DNA of 48,618 bases, filler included, from Basidiobolus ranarum (lineage: Eukaryota), in NCBI GenBank assembly GCA_040143965.1. It is 2 parts of 2 records of this genome, joined end to end, with 100 filler letters (N's around TTAATTAATTAA, not from the genome) between each part and the next. Parts side by side here need not be neighbours in the genome. Positions count along the whole stretch, not along the records: positions 1 to 24,283 come from JASJQH010000156.1; 1 more part is not named here. One strand, written 5' to 3'. The position numbers and the translations under genes were made by a program. This document shows positions 1-10,650 of the stretch, piece by piece (position 1 is the first letter of the stretch; every line of letters begins with the position of its first letter). The notes under the pieces were generated by a model. That model saw nothing but the letters and a program-made list of their open reading frames with translations. It made no database searches and was not told the DNA's origin.

Positions 1-531
1 CCTCGTGGAGTTCCCCAAATTGAGGTAACTTTTGATGTTGACGCCAACGGTATCTTGAATGTATCTGCATTGGATAAAACTACTGGTCGTTCCAATAAGA
101 TCACCATTACCAACGATAAAGGCCGTCTTTCTAAAGAGGATATTGAACGTATGGTCTCCGAAGCTGAAAAATATAAGGCTGAAGATGAAGAGGCTGCTTC
201 TCGTATATCCGCTAAAAATGGACTTGAATCCTATACCTACTCACTTCGTAATACCCTTCAAGATGAAAAGGTTTCTGGTCAATTAGATGTGAATGATAAG
301 AAGAAACTTGAAGAAGCTATCAACAGTACTATCAGCTGGTTGGACGCAAGTCAAGAAGCTTCTAAGGAAGAGTACGAAGAGAAGCAAAAAGAGTTGGAAG
401 GTGTTGCTAATCCTATTATGACCAAGATGTACCAGGCTACTGGTGAAGCTCCTGGCGGCTTCCCAGGAGCTGCTCAAGGAGGATTCCCAGGTAGTGACAA
501 CAGTGAGCCAACTGTTGAAGAATTGGATTAA
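1..531 (+). CDS. HSP70: Cytosolic Hsp70 (SSA-type), C-terminal part; 5' end lies outside the window
   Basis: Frame open from base 1: [23 protein letters not shown]...[21 protein letters not shown]...[14 protein letters not shown] repeats, C-terminus PTVEELD* (EEVD-type tail). Confidence 0.97.
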   Translation, partial: PRGVPQIEVTFDVDANGILNVSALDKTTGRSNKITITNDKGRLSKEDIERMVSEAEKYKAEDEEAASRISAKNGLESYTYSLRNTLQDEKVSGQLDVNDKKKLEEAINSTISWLDASQEASKEEYEEKQKELEGVANPIMTKMYQATGEAPGGFPGAAQGGFPGSDNSEPTVEELD

Positions 532-1201
532 GCTTAATTTGAAATTCAAGATTTATTCCATATGTAGTTAACCATGTAAAATATTTACAAAAGAACACCC
601 GATTCTATATAATACCAAGCATATCTTGAATATCAATAATAAATATTACGTTTCAACCTAATCAAGAAACTTTTCCTAACGTGACGGCCTATTTATATAA
701 AATAGATCACTTTTGATTGAGAGAACAAGATCACATTTAAATCAAAAAATAGATTTTGATTAACTTAGGAAGTATTGACGAAAATATCACCAAATTATCA
801 TGAATTGTTATATTATTGCTACAAGTTCACATGTCCTGTAAGCTAAAAGATATTTCAAAAAGTCACTGCATTTCATTCCAACTCTTACAGAGGAGTTGAC
901 CTTGATTTTAACAATACCATACTTTTTTATTTCAGGCAACTATTCAAATCCATTAACCCTAACCCTTCCCAATCACGTAAGCAGGATTAATAAATTATCG
1001 TACATTTATAAATATCGGTCATGTTGAACATTGCTCAAAAACCATTCTAGCCCATCTATACTCTGTCCAAGACTTCAATCGCTATATGTGATTCCCAATA
1101 CTAATCCTCTGTACCACTTTTCCAACCATTCTCCACCAATACCGACATTAATTATCTTAAATGCTATAATATTGAAAATGTGATGTATTGAACAAAAATG
1201 A

Positions 1202-1273
1202 GGGCTCAACCGGGAATTGAACCCGGGACCTCCACGACCCGAACGAGGAATCATACGACTAGACCATTGAGCC
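1202..1273 (-). tRNA. tRNA-Pro, anticodon CGG, intronless
   Basis: Minus strand reads GGCTCAA TG GTCT AGTCGTA TGAT T CCTCG TTCGGGT CGTGG AGGTC CCGGG TTCAATT CCCGG TTGAGCC C. Perfect 7-bp acceptor stem, T-arm with TTC, anticodon loop TT-CGG-GT, and a T5 Pol III terminator at 1194-1198. Confidence 0.92.
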
Positions 1274-2335
1274 CTGGTTGCTAGATAAATACATTGAAAA
1301 TGAATATTATTCTCATGAGATCTAGTAAACTTTTATAGTTATCGAGATATAAGTGAGTATTCAATTATAATGATATACAAATCATTAAGTGATCTTATGC
1401 TTCTAAGCCGTGTTTCTGTCATATGCTTGATCATCTACCATATACCAGATCAGCGGTACCAAGATGGTAGAAACTTCTAAGGTACTCTTGTCTAGGATTT
1501 GATTGACTTTAGGTAGTGGTTTGCCGAGATAGGCCAGATGATGCTATAAAAACTCACTTTATACTATGGGCTTTCACTGAACAAGCTTTGTTGTTATCCA
1601 AGTTTAAGGTTCATTATCCATTACTGTAATTATTCAACACAACACTGGCAAATTAGACATCTCTTTGTCAATAAATACCAACAGATTACTTTGGTAAAAT
1701 TTGGATTGTCTCAAATGCAACTCTAGAAGGCAATTAATTCTATTATCACAAAAGTAAAAGCCTACTCTAAATTGTATATTTGATATAGTCCGCACCAGTA
1801 TGCTCATATCTTTGATCATATAGATTACATGAAGGACTTTGCTTAGCTGAATGAAGAGTTCTTTATGCTTTGCTTGACACAGAATATTCACTTAATAAAA
1901 AATTGAAAATTTTAAAAAAGTTTTACAAAGTGATTGGTAGCTGAGAATGATAGCTTTGTACCAAGATAACTTCAAAAAGCAAACCTATGTTCATAGCTTA
2001 TGCCAGTTACTCTGATCCTCCAACCACAGAGTGTTGGTGAGGAGCTGCATGAACTCGCTTTCAATATTACTTGTCAAATAGTTGCATTGTATTTTGGTAA
2101 TAATCATCAAACATTTCTGAGGCTCTTGAGTAACTATATACCTTGTATTCACTCATCTGATTTCAGTGCTTATACATATGTTGAGCTGATACAGAGCGAG
2201 AACTGTAGAGTATTTCAAAGGATGTATATATATATGTTACCATATACTCTGATATTTTTATGAATGTTTAATAAAACAATTTATTAAGTTGATTTGAATT
2301 ATGTCTAATATTAATGTAGACCAATAACTAACTAA

Positions 2336-4947
2336 TTAGGCACGTTTGACAACGAATGGAGCGGAAGTCCAAGTATCAACATCAGCTGCCTTCTTCTTGT
2401 CACCGAAAGCTCTAAGGCCCTTGATAACAATGGTGTAGGTACCGGATGGAGCTTGTACTTCCTTGGCTTCACCATTGACGACAACGGTGATTTCACCATC
2501 AAATTTGATGCTAGTGGTGGTACCTGGGTAGTTGCGATTAATTCCGCCCTCGCTCAAAGTGATTGCACCTACTTCCTTACCCTTGGTATCAGCCAAGACA
2601 ACAGATAGGAATTTGGTAGGATGAATCAAGGGGAATTGGATGAGAGGAATATCGTTGCCAACTAGGGTATACTCCTTCTTAGGAACGCGAGTAGTGAAAT
2701 CCACAACTACTGGTGCTTTCTCACCCTTAAGATCGAGTACCTTACGGCTATGATGATCACCAGCGATTCCAGAGTATGGAACACGTACAACATTTCCTTT
2801 GTTGTTCAATGGTTTGAATTGAACGTATCCAGAGTAAACCCAGAAATCTTTTTTGTCGAAACGAGGTGGGGTCAAAGTCACTTTAACCTTTCTGCTTTGT
2901 CCTGGACGAACTGTAACAGTGGATGGAGTGGCCTTAGCAGAAGCTCCAGCTCCGGAGAATACGAAAGCATTTTGAAGAACTGGGTGACCATCGTTATCAT
3001 AACCATTTACTGAGACAGCAGGGTAGTGATCAATGGCATAGGTAACAGATCTCTTACTCTTGTTTTCAACAGTCAAAGTGTGAACACCATTGAAATGAAC
3101 GGTATCATTCAAAGCAAACTTGGATGGGGTAACGAAAGTATCAGTATGAATGGCATCCCAGACGTTGAGTATACCAGCACCCTGCTTAGCAGCCGAGGTG
3201 ATTCCCTTGAAGTTCAACTCTCTAACTGGGTTTGCGGTATTTTGAAGAACAGAGCGGACAGTGAGAGGGGCAATCTTTCCCTTAGCCTTCAAGTAAAGGG
3301 CAACTGATCCTGCGGTATAAGGAGCAGCCATAGAGGTACCACGTAAATGGGCATAAGCACCTTTAGCAACTGGGTAGGTGGAGTAAATGATACCACCTGG
3401 AGCTCCAACATCAGGCTTGAAGTTGAGCTCGAAATCGGTACCCCATGCTGTGAATGAAGAGGGCTTTCCACCATTAGGGTTGTTGTAAAGCTTATGCTCG
3501 GGATCGAAAGAGATGGTGAGCTTCTGATTCTTCTCATAGAGTGCATTTAAGTAAGCAGCATCACTTGCTTGAAGACCCAACAAAGGAATCTTGAGATTAG
3601 GATCCATAGATGTTGGAACGTAAGCACCGAATGTAGTAGAGTAGACGAAAGCAGCAACTGCTCCAGCTTTTTGTGCATTGATTCCCTTCACGACCAAATC
3701 ACATGTCTCAGCCTTGAAATAAAGGACAACCTTACCAGTAAGGTCTTCCTTCAAAGGAGTACAACCACCAGTTTGGGCAATGACGAAGGAGGCATTCTTA
3801 ATGCCCACTGCTTTCAAGCCTTCGTAACCAGCAACAAAATCCTTACCCTTGTCTTCATTGATAGTGAATGCTTGACCAGGATACTGGATGTTATCAAATG
3901 AAGCAATAGAAATGGCCTTGTTAGCGGTAGATGGTCTCCCAACAGTCCAAAGACCGTTCATACCATCATTACCAGCAGAAATGACTGGAACAACGCCAGC
4001 TTCTGCGGCTTTGTTAATAGCTCTGGTGATTGGGTCATTAGGGAATGGAAGAGGACTGCCCAAAGAAAGATTAATAACATCCATCTTATCAACAACAGAC
4101 TTTTCAATGGCCTTAATGATCATATCACTTGGAGCCCCACCAGTGCATCCGAACACTTTGTAAGCACCCAAGGTGACCTTAGGTGCAACACCTACGAAAT
4201 TTTTATCATTGGCACCGATAATACCAGCTACGTGTGTTCCGTGACCAGCACAATCTTTAGGGTCCTCATCACCTTTGAGGGAGCCTAGGGTTCCGTCGTA
4301 TTTATCTCCAACGAAATCGTATCCATATTGAACACGGCAATCTTTGCCCTTGAAGCAGCCACCGAGAGCAGGATGGCTATAATCAATACCAGTATCAATC
4401 ACACCGACTCTGATGCCTTCACCAGTGTTCTTAAGGATATTTTGAACCTTTTCAACACCGGTAATAATGTGAGGGGAGGCAATAAGATTAGGAGGTAAGC
4501 TTCCAGTACCGACGATTTTTTCTTGGTCAGCAGAAATACTCTTTACGTGTTGAGTCTAAGATATATGTAAAGTCAGTATGAATTCAAATTTTGTACCATC
4601 TTAAGATTTATACTTACAATTGGCCAGATTGCCTTGACACCTTCAAAGGAAGCCAAGTAATCAACATATTCAACGCCTACGTTCAATGAGATTCCGTTGA
4701 AGGAATCGGTAAAAGTGGTACGTTCATGGAATTCAATTCCTTCTTTCTTCAAACCAGCGCGAAGTTTCTCTTGAACGTTCTCGCCGCCTTCGTGGAATTC
4801 CACGATGTATGCATGGGGAACAACACTAGTGGAAGTTCCTTCACCAAAGCCAGCGGGGAGAGTTTTTAAAACCCCGTTAGGTCTACCACCAAGGGCACTG
4901 TCGGCCAAGAGAAGAGCGGATAAAAGGAAAAGTTGTTGCAATCTCAT
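2336..4947 (-). CDS. Secreted subtilisin-like S8 serine protease with propeptide, PA insert and C-terminal Fn3-like domain (Vpr/pyrolysin/Pr1C type); exons 4947-4618 and 4555-2336
   Basis: Signal peptide MRLQQLFLLSALLLADSALG. Catalytic motifs VGVIDTGIDY (Asp), GHGTHVAG (His), GTSMAAP (Ser), oxyanion SAGNDG. Intron 4556-4617 (GTAAGT...CTGAC...TAG) joins the two ORFs in frame (IWPI|TQHVK). Confidence 0.95.
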
Positions 4948-6542
4948 TTTCAAAATAAGTTGCGTTATTAGCAAAGAGAAATGGAACTTAATTTCTAGGA
5001 GACAACTTTCGTCGAGCTTTATAGTTGAATCGCCACAACCGCTATCAAGGATTGAAGCAAAAACGGTGTAAGCTTAATTGGAAAATACGAATATCGTAAC
5101 ATCTAGTACTACAATACCGAGTTAGCGAATAACATTTGACTGTCGACTCTCAGAATCGATTTGAACATTATCATGATGTTACATCCTATAAGCAGGACTC
5201 AGTTACAAGGTGATTTTGAGTAACACCTAACGGAATAACTCTGATTCACCATTTGACTTTACTCATGTGTTCAAATCGCATAGATTCTAATGCTGAATAT
5301 GTACATTAGCGCCTACCTTTGTGGGATAGAAATCACGGCAATTGGCAACCGAATGTATTATCAAACAGTATGGCTAACGGTACGGCTTGTAGCACAAAGA
5401 GTTAAGATATGGGTAGGATGTGCATGTAAGATACTACGTGAGAAAAATGGCCTATTGAGACATCCTGAAAACCGGGGAGATAGCATGTTCGGGATGAATA
5501 CAAATCATGCAGTACCTGTGAATTCTTCAGTGTACCACCTGAATTAACTGATTCCGTATTTTCGTTTACGAATCGCGTGATCTTCGCACTAGAGATTTCT
5601 GTATATGTACATTCCTATCCAATGCGCAGTAGTATAATACTTACCTGATGTATAGGTAAGATGTTACTAACAGATATGACGACCACGTTAGAATGTAATA
5701 AACGTATTGTATTGGCAGTGAAGTCAAATATTGCCAGGTTACCACTGATACAGCAAAAGAGCTCGGAATGCCTGTAATGGTTTTAGATGATAGCTGCTTT
5801 TCACACGATTGTCTAAAGCAATGGTGGTGGGAAAAAACCAACATGAGGTGACTTGGCAATCTCGATAGTAACCCCTACAGGTACCATTCAAAGTCAGCAC
5901 AATCCGGTTGAAATCTGCATGACTCTACTGTCCCTGTTCTTTTTTACTTTGCTCTCTTTCTCTCTTGTAAAAATATTATTTTTAAAATCCGGGAAATGCT
6001 TACAAACGAAGTATCTACTGACTCAATAGTGAATTCAAATGCGATTATTCAAAATAACTTGAATGATTAAACAGCGGATCGTTGATCAATTAATCTCTAA
6101 AAGGATTAATCTCAGAGATGGTAACTTTTCGATGGTGATACATTGCTTTCTAAGTATAAACAAGATATTATTAACTCACCGCACCGCATCCGAGTTTACC
6201 CAGATTACATCAATATTTCAAAGCAAGTTACGTAACAAAGTGGCTTCCTATTACTAAACAATCGGCTTAAAGTACCCATAGTTAGTAGTGATCTGGTCAA
6301 TTTTTGATTGAATCCAAACTCAAACCATGAACCTAGATCACTTCTTTTAATGCAAATTCACCACCCCTTTCTTCAAGAAACGAGTCCTAGCTCGAGCGGG
6401 AAATAAGGGGAGTAAAAGAAGAAAGCACCTTGAATCAAACAAACCAACATATCTAAGAAACCCCATTGATACTTTCCCTATAGCCAATAAGAAGGGAAGC
6501 ACCCGAATAAAACCGTAAAAAATTGAGATAACCAACGTGGCC

Positions 6543-8137
6543 ATGACCGAAGCAAAACTTACCAAACGTAAGCGTGAACTTAAAGAGGAGTTGGTGAACG
6601 AACCTACGACCTCTACTTCTAAAACCGACTTTAAGAGTAAGAAATTAGTGGAAAAACGTCTAGATTTTTGGAATGACCGGGTGAAACCGGTCTTTTTGGT
6701 CTTTATTTTCATTTTTATTTCTTGGTTTTATTTCACTAGTAATAGTAAAGTACAAGGTAATAAGCATATATATGGCTCGGTTTTACTTTAGGAAATATTA
6801 AAAGTTTATTTTTGGCTTCTCTCTCTTTATTAAATAGACTGCAAAAGGGAATATGTCTCCGTAGTAGATGCCGGTTCAACTGGCTCCCGAATCCACGTGT
6901 ACACTTTTGAACGTTGTGGGAGTGAAGTGAAACTACTCGACGAACTATTCGAACAGGTAGAACCTGGTCTTTCAGCATATGCAGAGGACCCACTTAAAGC
7001 TGCTGAGAGTTTGGACAGTTTACTTGATCAAGCCCTAGTAAAAGTACCTAAGCATTTACACAAATGTACCCCAATCACCATCAAAGCCACTGCTGGGTTA
7101 AGATTACTCGGTGAAGAGAAGAGTGAGGAAATCCTAAAAGCAGTAGAGAAAAGAATCACCGAAAAATACCCATTTCCACTTACTAAAGAGGAAGGAGTGG
7201 CTGTACTGGATAGCGCAAAAGAAGGTAATGTGAAGACATTAGATCCTATGCTTGAGGGTAACTGAACAAACCTTGTACATATTTTATAGGTGTTTACGCA
7301 TGGGTTACCGTGAATTATCTACTCAAGAATATTGGCCAACAAGAACGTAAGCATACCGTCGCAATCCTTGATCTAGGTGGTGGCTCGACTCAGATTGTGT
7401 TTGAGCCTACTCTCGATGAAAGTCATTATTTTCCAGAAGAGCATCAGTATAAACTCAAATTTGGACCCCATGAGCACCTACTCTACCAACACAGCCATTT
7501 AGGATATGGTTTAATGGAAGCACGCAAACAAGTCAAATCACTTGTTGCCAAGACGGGTGAATCAAGCCAACTGATTGTCCCTCATCCCTGTCTATTCCCT
7601 CGTACGTCCCAGAAATGGGAATTCCCTACAGAGGCGGGTGAACGTACGGTGACGTTGGTGGGCATTGCGACAGGTGTGGACAAATGTCATGAATTAATGG
7701 AGAAGGTACTTGACAAATCAGTTGAATGTAACGCGCTACCATGTTCATTCAACGGGATTTATCAGCCAAAGCTTACGGAAACCTTTGTCAACCAAGATAT
7801 CTATATATTCTCCTACTTCCATGATATCACTCAACGACTCGGCTTCAAACATATCATTGAATTAGCCGAGTTTCAACTAGCAAACAAAAAGATTTGTGAA
7901 AGAAAATTCTACGAGGAGTTATCGGAGAGTGAGGCAACGAAACTCTTCATGCAACCTGATAGATTCCATGATTGTTTAGATACCTCCTATCTGTTCTCTT
8001 TACTACACCATGCCTATGAGATCCCATTAGATACCCAGTTGAAGGTGGCTAAGAAGATTGACGACATCGAGACAAGCTGGTCGTTGGGAGCTGCTCTAAC
8101 TTTACTCGATGAATATTCCTCCTGTAAAGAGATCTAG
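6543..8137 (+). CDS. GDA1: GDA1/CD39-family nucleoside diphosphatase (Golgi GDPase-like, type II membrane protein); exons 6543-6756, 6838-7224, 7290-8137
   Basis: N-terminal TM segment VFLVFIFIFISWFYF. After splicing all apyrase conserved regions appear: DAGSTGSR, ATAGLR, EGVYAWVTVNY, DLGGGSTQ, SWSLG. Both introns are GT-AG and keep frame. Confidence 0.9.
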
Positions 8138-8615
8138 TCTCCATTGAAGCAAGCATTACGTAGCATTCTCATCTCGCTAAAACTTATGCTAAACATAGGA
8201 ATGAATTGTAAGCAATTGTAAGCACTGAATATTGATTTCCTGTTGTTTATTATTAAATAAAAAGAAAGTGTTCTTTTGTTCAAGAAAATGAAGAATTCCA
8301 GAAATAAAAGAATATCGCTACAAGAAACACATCATTGGTGTATAGAAAAAAAACGTAAGGGAAATAAATGAAGACGGTGCGTTGACAAATGAAATATGAC
8401 AAGAAAGAAATCGAGAATTGAAGAGACCTATACACTACAAGTGTCATTCACACAATCTTGGAAGAGATACTCCCCATGAAAGAAGGTTAATATTTTTTTT
8501 GCTTGGCTTTTATAGTTCCTAACATATTATAGCTTTAAATGTTTTCAAAATACAAGATTTAAATCACACAAAGTAGTATGAACATACATAAGTACTAGTC
8601 ACATTACGTTCCTTC

Positions 8616-9686
8616 CTAGTATTGAGCACCTTGGTTGGGGTTATCATAACCAGCGGGTTGGTTGAATTCACCATTGTAAGGTTGTTGTTGTTGTTGTTGC
8701 TGTTGGCCGTAGGATTGTCCATAGCCTCCTGGTCCGTGACTGAAGGATTGGTTACCATAACCGTAGCCGGCTCCACCGAAGCCACCTTGGTTACCGAAGT
8801 TTTGTTGACCTCCATATGATTGTGGGTATTGACCGTAACCGGCTTGACCACCGTATCCAGAGGGTTGGTATTGACCATAGCCACCTTGGGCCATATGACC
8901 ATATCCAGCTAATAAACGAATTGGATCAACATTGGAAGACTGTACATAGAGAATATCATTATAGTATACATACCTGGTGTACCGTAACCAGCAAACTTGT
9001 TGTAGCCACTGAGAATAGTAGATTATTAACTGAATGGCTCATAAATTGCGATCAAATGTTCAACACTAACCCTGCGAAACCACCCTTGGAGAAGTTAGGA
9101 GCACCACGAACAGAGCCACCGTTGGGGCCTGAAACGTTAGCAGCTTGCATACCCTTAGGTCCTTGAACTAAATCATATTCGACTTCTTCACCCTGATGTG
9201 TGCTGTCAGCAAATATTGATATTGAAGTAGAGAAGCAAAGAAGAAAATACCTCGCCGAGACTCTTAAAACCACCGTCGTTATGAATAGCGCTATGGTGTA
9301 CGAAAACTACAATAAAACAACTGATCAGTCACAAGAAACTTGAATTGTATGGTGTGGTGTGAGAGTAAGCTAAGAAGTGTTGTTTGGTACTACTCTTTCG
9401 TCCATCATAGGTCGTTAAAATATAGTAACAAACTCACGACTTGTTGAGTTGTATGTCTTTCTGTTTCTCAACTTCACAAAAGCATCTGGTGTGTTTACAT
9501 CAGGGGCTTCCAAACAACAGATGCTTCGCGAATAGAACATAACAACCATACTGTAGGGGGTGGGATAAGTAAAATATACGTACTTTCGGTAGTTCCGGTT
9601 TCAGCAGCATCATCAGGGATGATGAAACCATAACCCTTTTGACAGTTGAAGAACTTGACGCGACCAGTTTTACGATCAGAGGACAT
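8616..9686 (-). CDS. Cold-shock-domain RNA-binding protein with G/Y/Q-rich low-complexity tail; exons 9686-9584, 9306-9251, 9192-9071, 9008-8974, 8908-8616
   Basis: Spliced product MSSDRKTGRVKFFNCQKGYGFIIPDD...[42 protein letters not shown] contains RNP1 (KGYGFI) and RNP2 (IFVHH). Four GT-AG introns keep frame into the GGYGQ-rich last exon. Confidence 0.92.
8681..8705. repeat. (GTT)n/(CAA)n microsatellite encoding a poly-Gln tract in the cold-shock protein
   Basis: gttgttgttgttgttgttgctgttg; the minus-strand frame reads QQQQQQQQ. Confidence 0.85.
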
Positions 9687-10650
9687 ATTCTAAATTTTTG
9701 GTTATCCCAGATTGAAAGATCACGGAAAACACACAAGATTCAACAACGTTGTACAGAGCGAAAAAAAAGAGAGCGAGAGACAGAGATGGAGAATAACAAG
9801 TTAATACACAAGATACTACCAAAACAATCACAAATACAAAAAAATATACTGACAAGAAATTGACAAAGTCACCAAAATGGAACTAAATAAAACACAAAAA
9901 ACAAAAAAGAAAAACGGAACGAGGGAATCCAAGGTGAACTTGGAGAATAAATTAAAAAAAAGGAGAAATTCCAACCCTTGTTAAGATTTTTTTCGACAAT
10001 TTGTCACGAAAAAATTTTATTCCCTCTGATGATTTACGATCATAGAATTTAATCATGAGGATGCGTTGTTTAGCTTGGATTTTGTTGATGATCCGCTGAT
10101 CCATTGAGTTTAGCCTCTTGAATCCCATTTATGTAATAACACCCATTCAAACTTGCATGGAAGAAACAGCCAATCATGTTCCGTATTCTGACTCTAGTCG
10201 CATCTCATAATTGGCCAAATAATATAGGAATATCCTGCTTTTTAATCGAACAATTACGTAGTGGCAATCACACTATCACGTAATGCCCAAGTACATAACA
10301 GGTCAGTTAATAGATCCATAGGCGCTAACCCTAACCCTGATTTGTACGCGTCAATCGTTTCTGTCATCCTGACGACGATTAATGAGCACTCATTTGTGTA
10401 CAAACTTATATCAATGTAGATCTAATCTTGATTATACAAGGAAGTGCAGACATATAACATCGATACTTGGTGTTAGCAGCTTAAGAGCAATTTGGATTTA
10501 ATAATTTTTACAGGACAAATGTCTCCAACTTGATTCGAAGTGTCTAGCCTTGAATAAATTCAACGTGCTTCCACAAGAAAACTAAAGTACAGAATAAATA
10601 CTATAGGGTGATTAAAAAGAACAATACTCAGTTCCTGTACATAAGTTAGT

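Noticed and set aside
514-531. Hsp70 ends in EELD rather than EEVD
   Set aside because: Conservative variant of the TPR-binding tail; not enough to imply a new function.
2750-4163. Series of plus-strand ORFs antisense to the subtilase (similar shadows over Hsp70, RPS19 and the Sec16-like ORF)
   Set aside because: Shadow ORFs caused by codon bias of the real gene; no recognisable motifs.
7200-7310. GDA1 ACR3 reads LDSAKEG instead of the usual xDGxxEG
   Set aside because: The catalytic Glu and all other ACR motifs are retained, so this is probably ordinary divergence.
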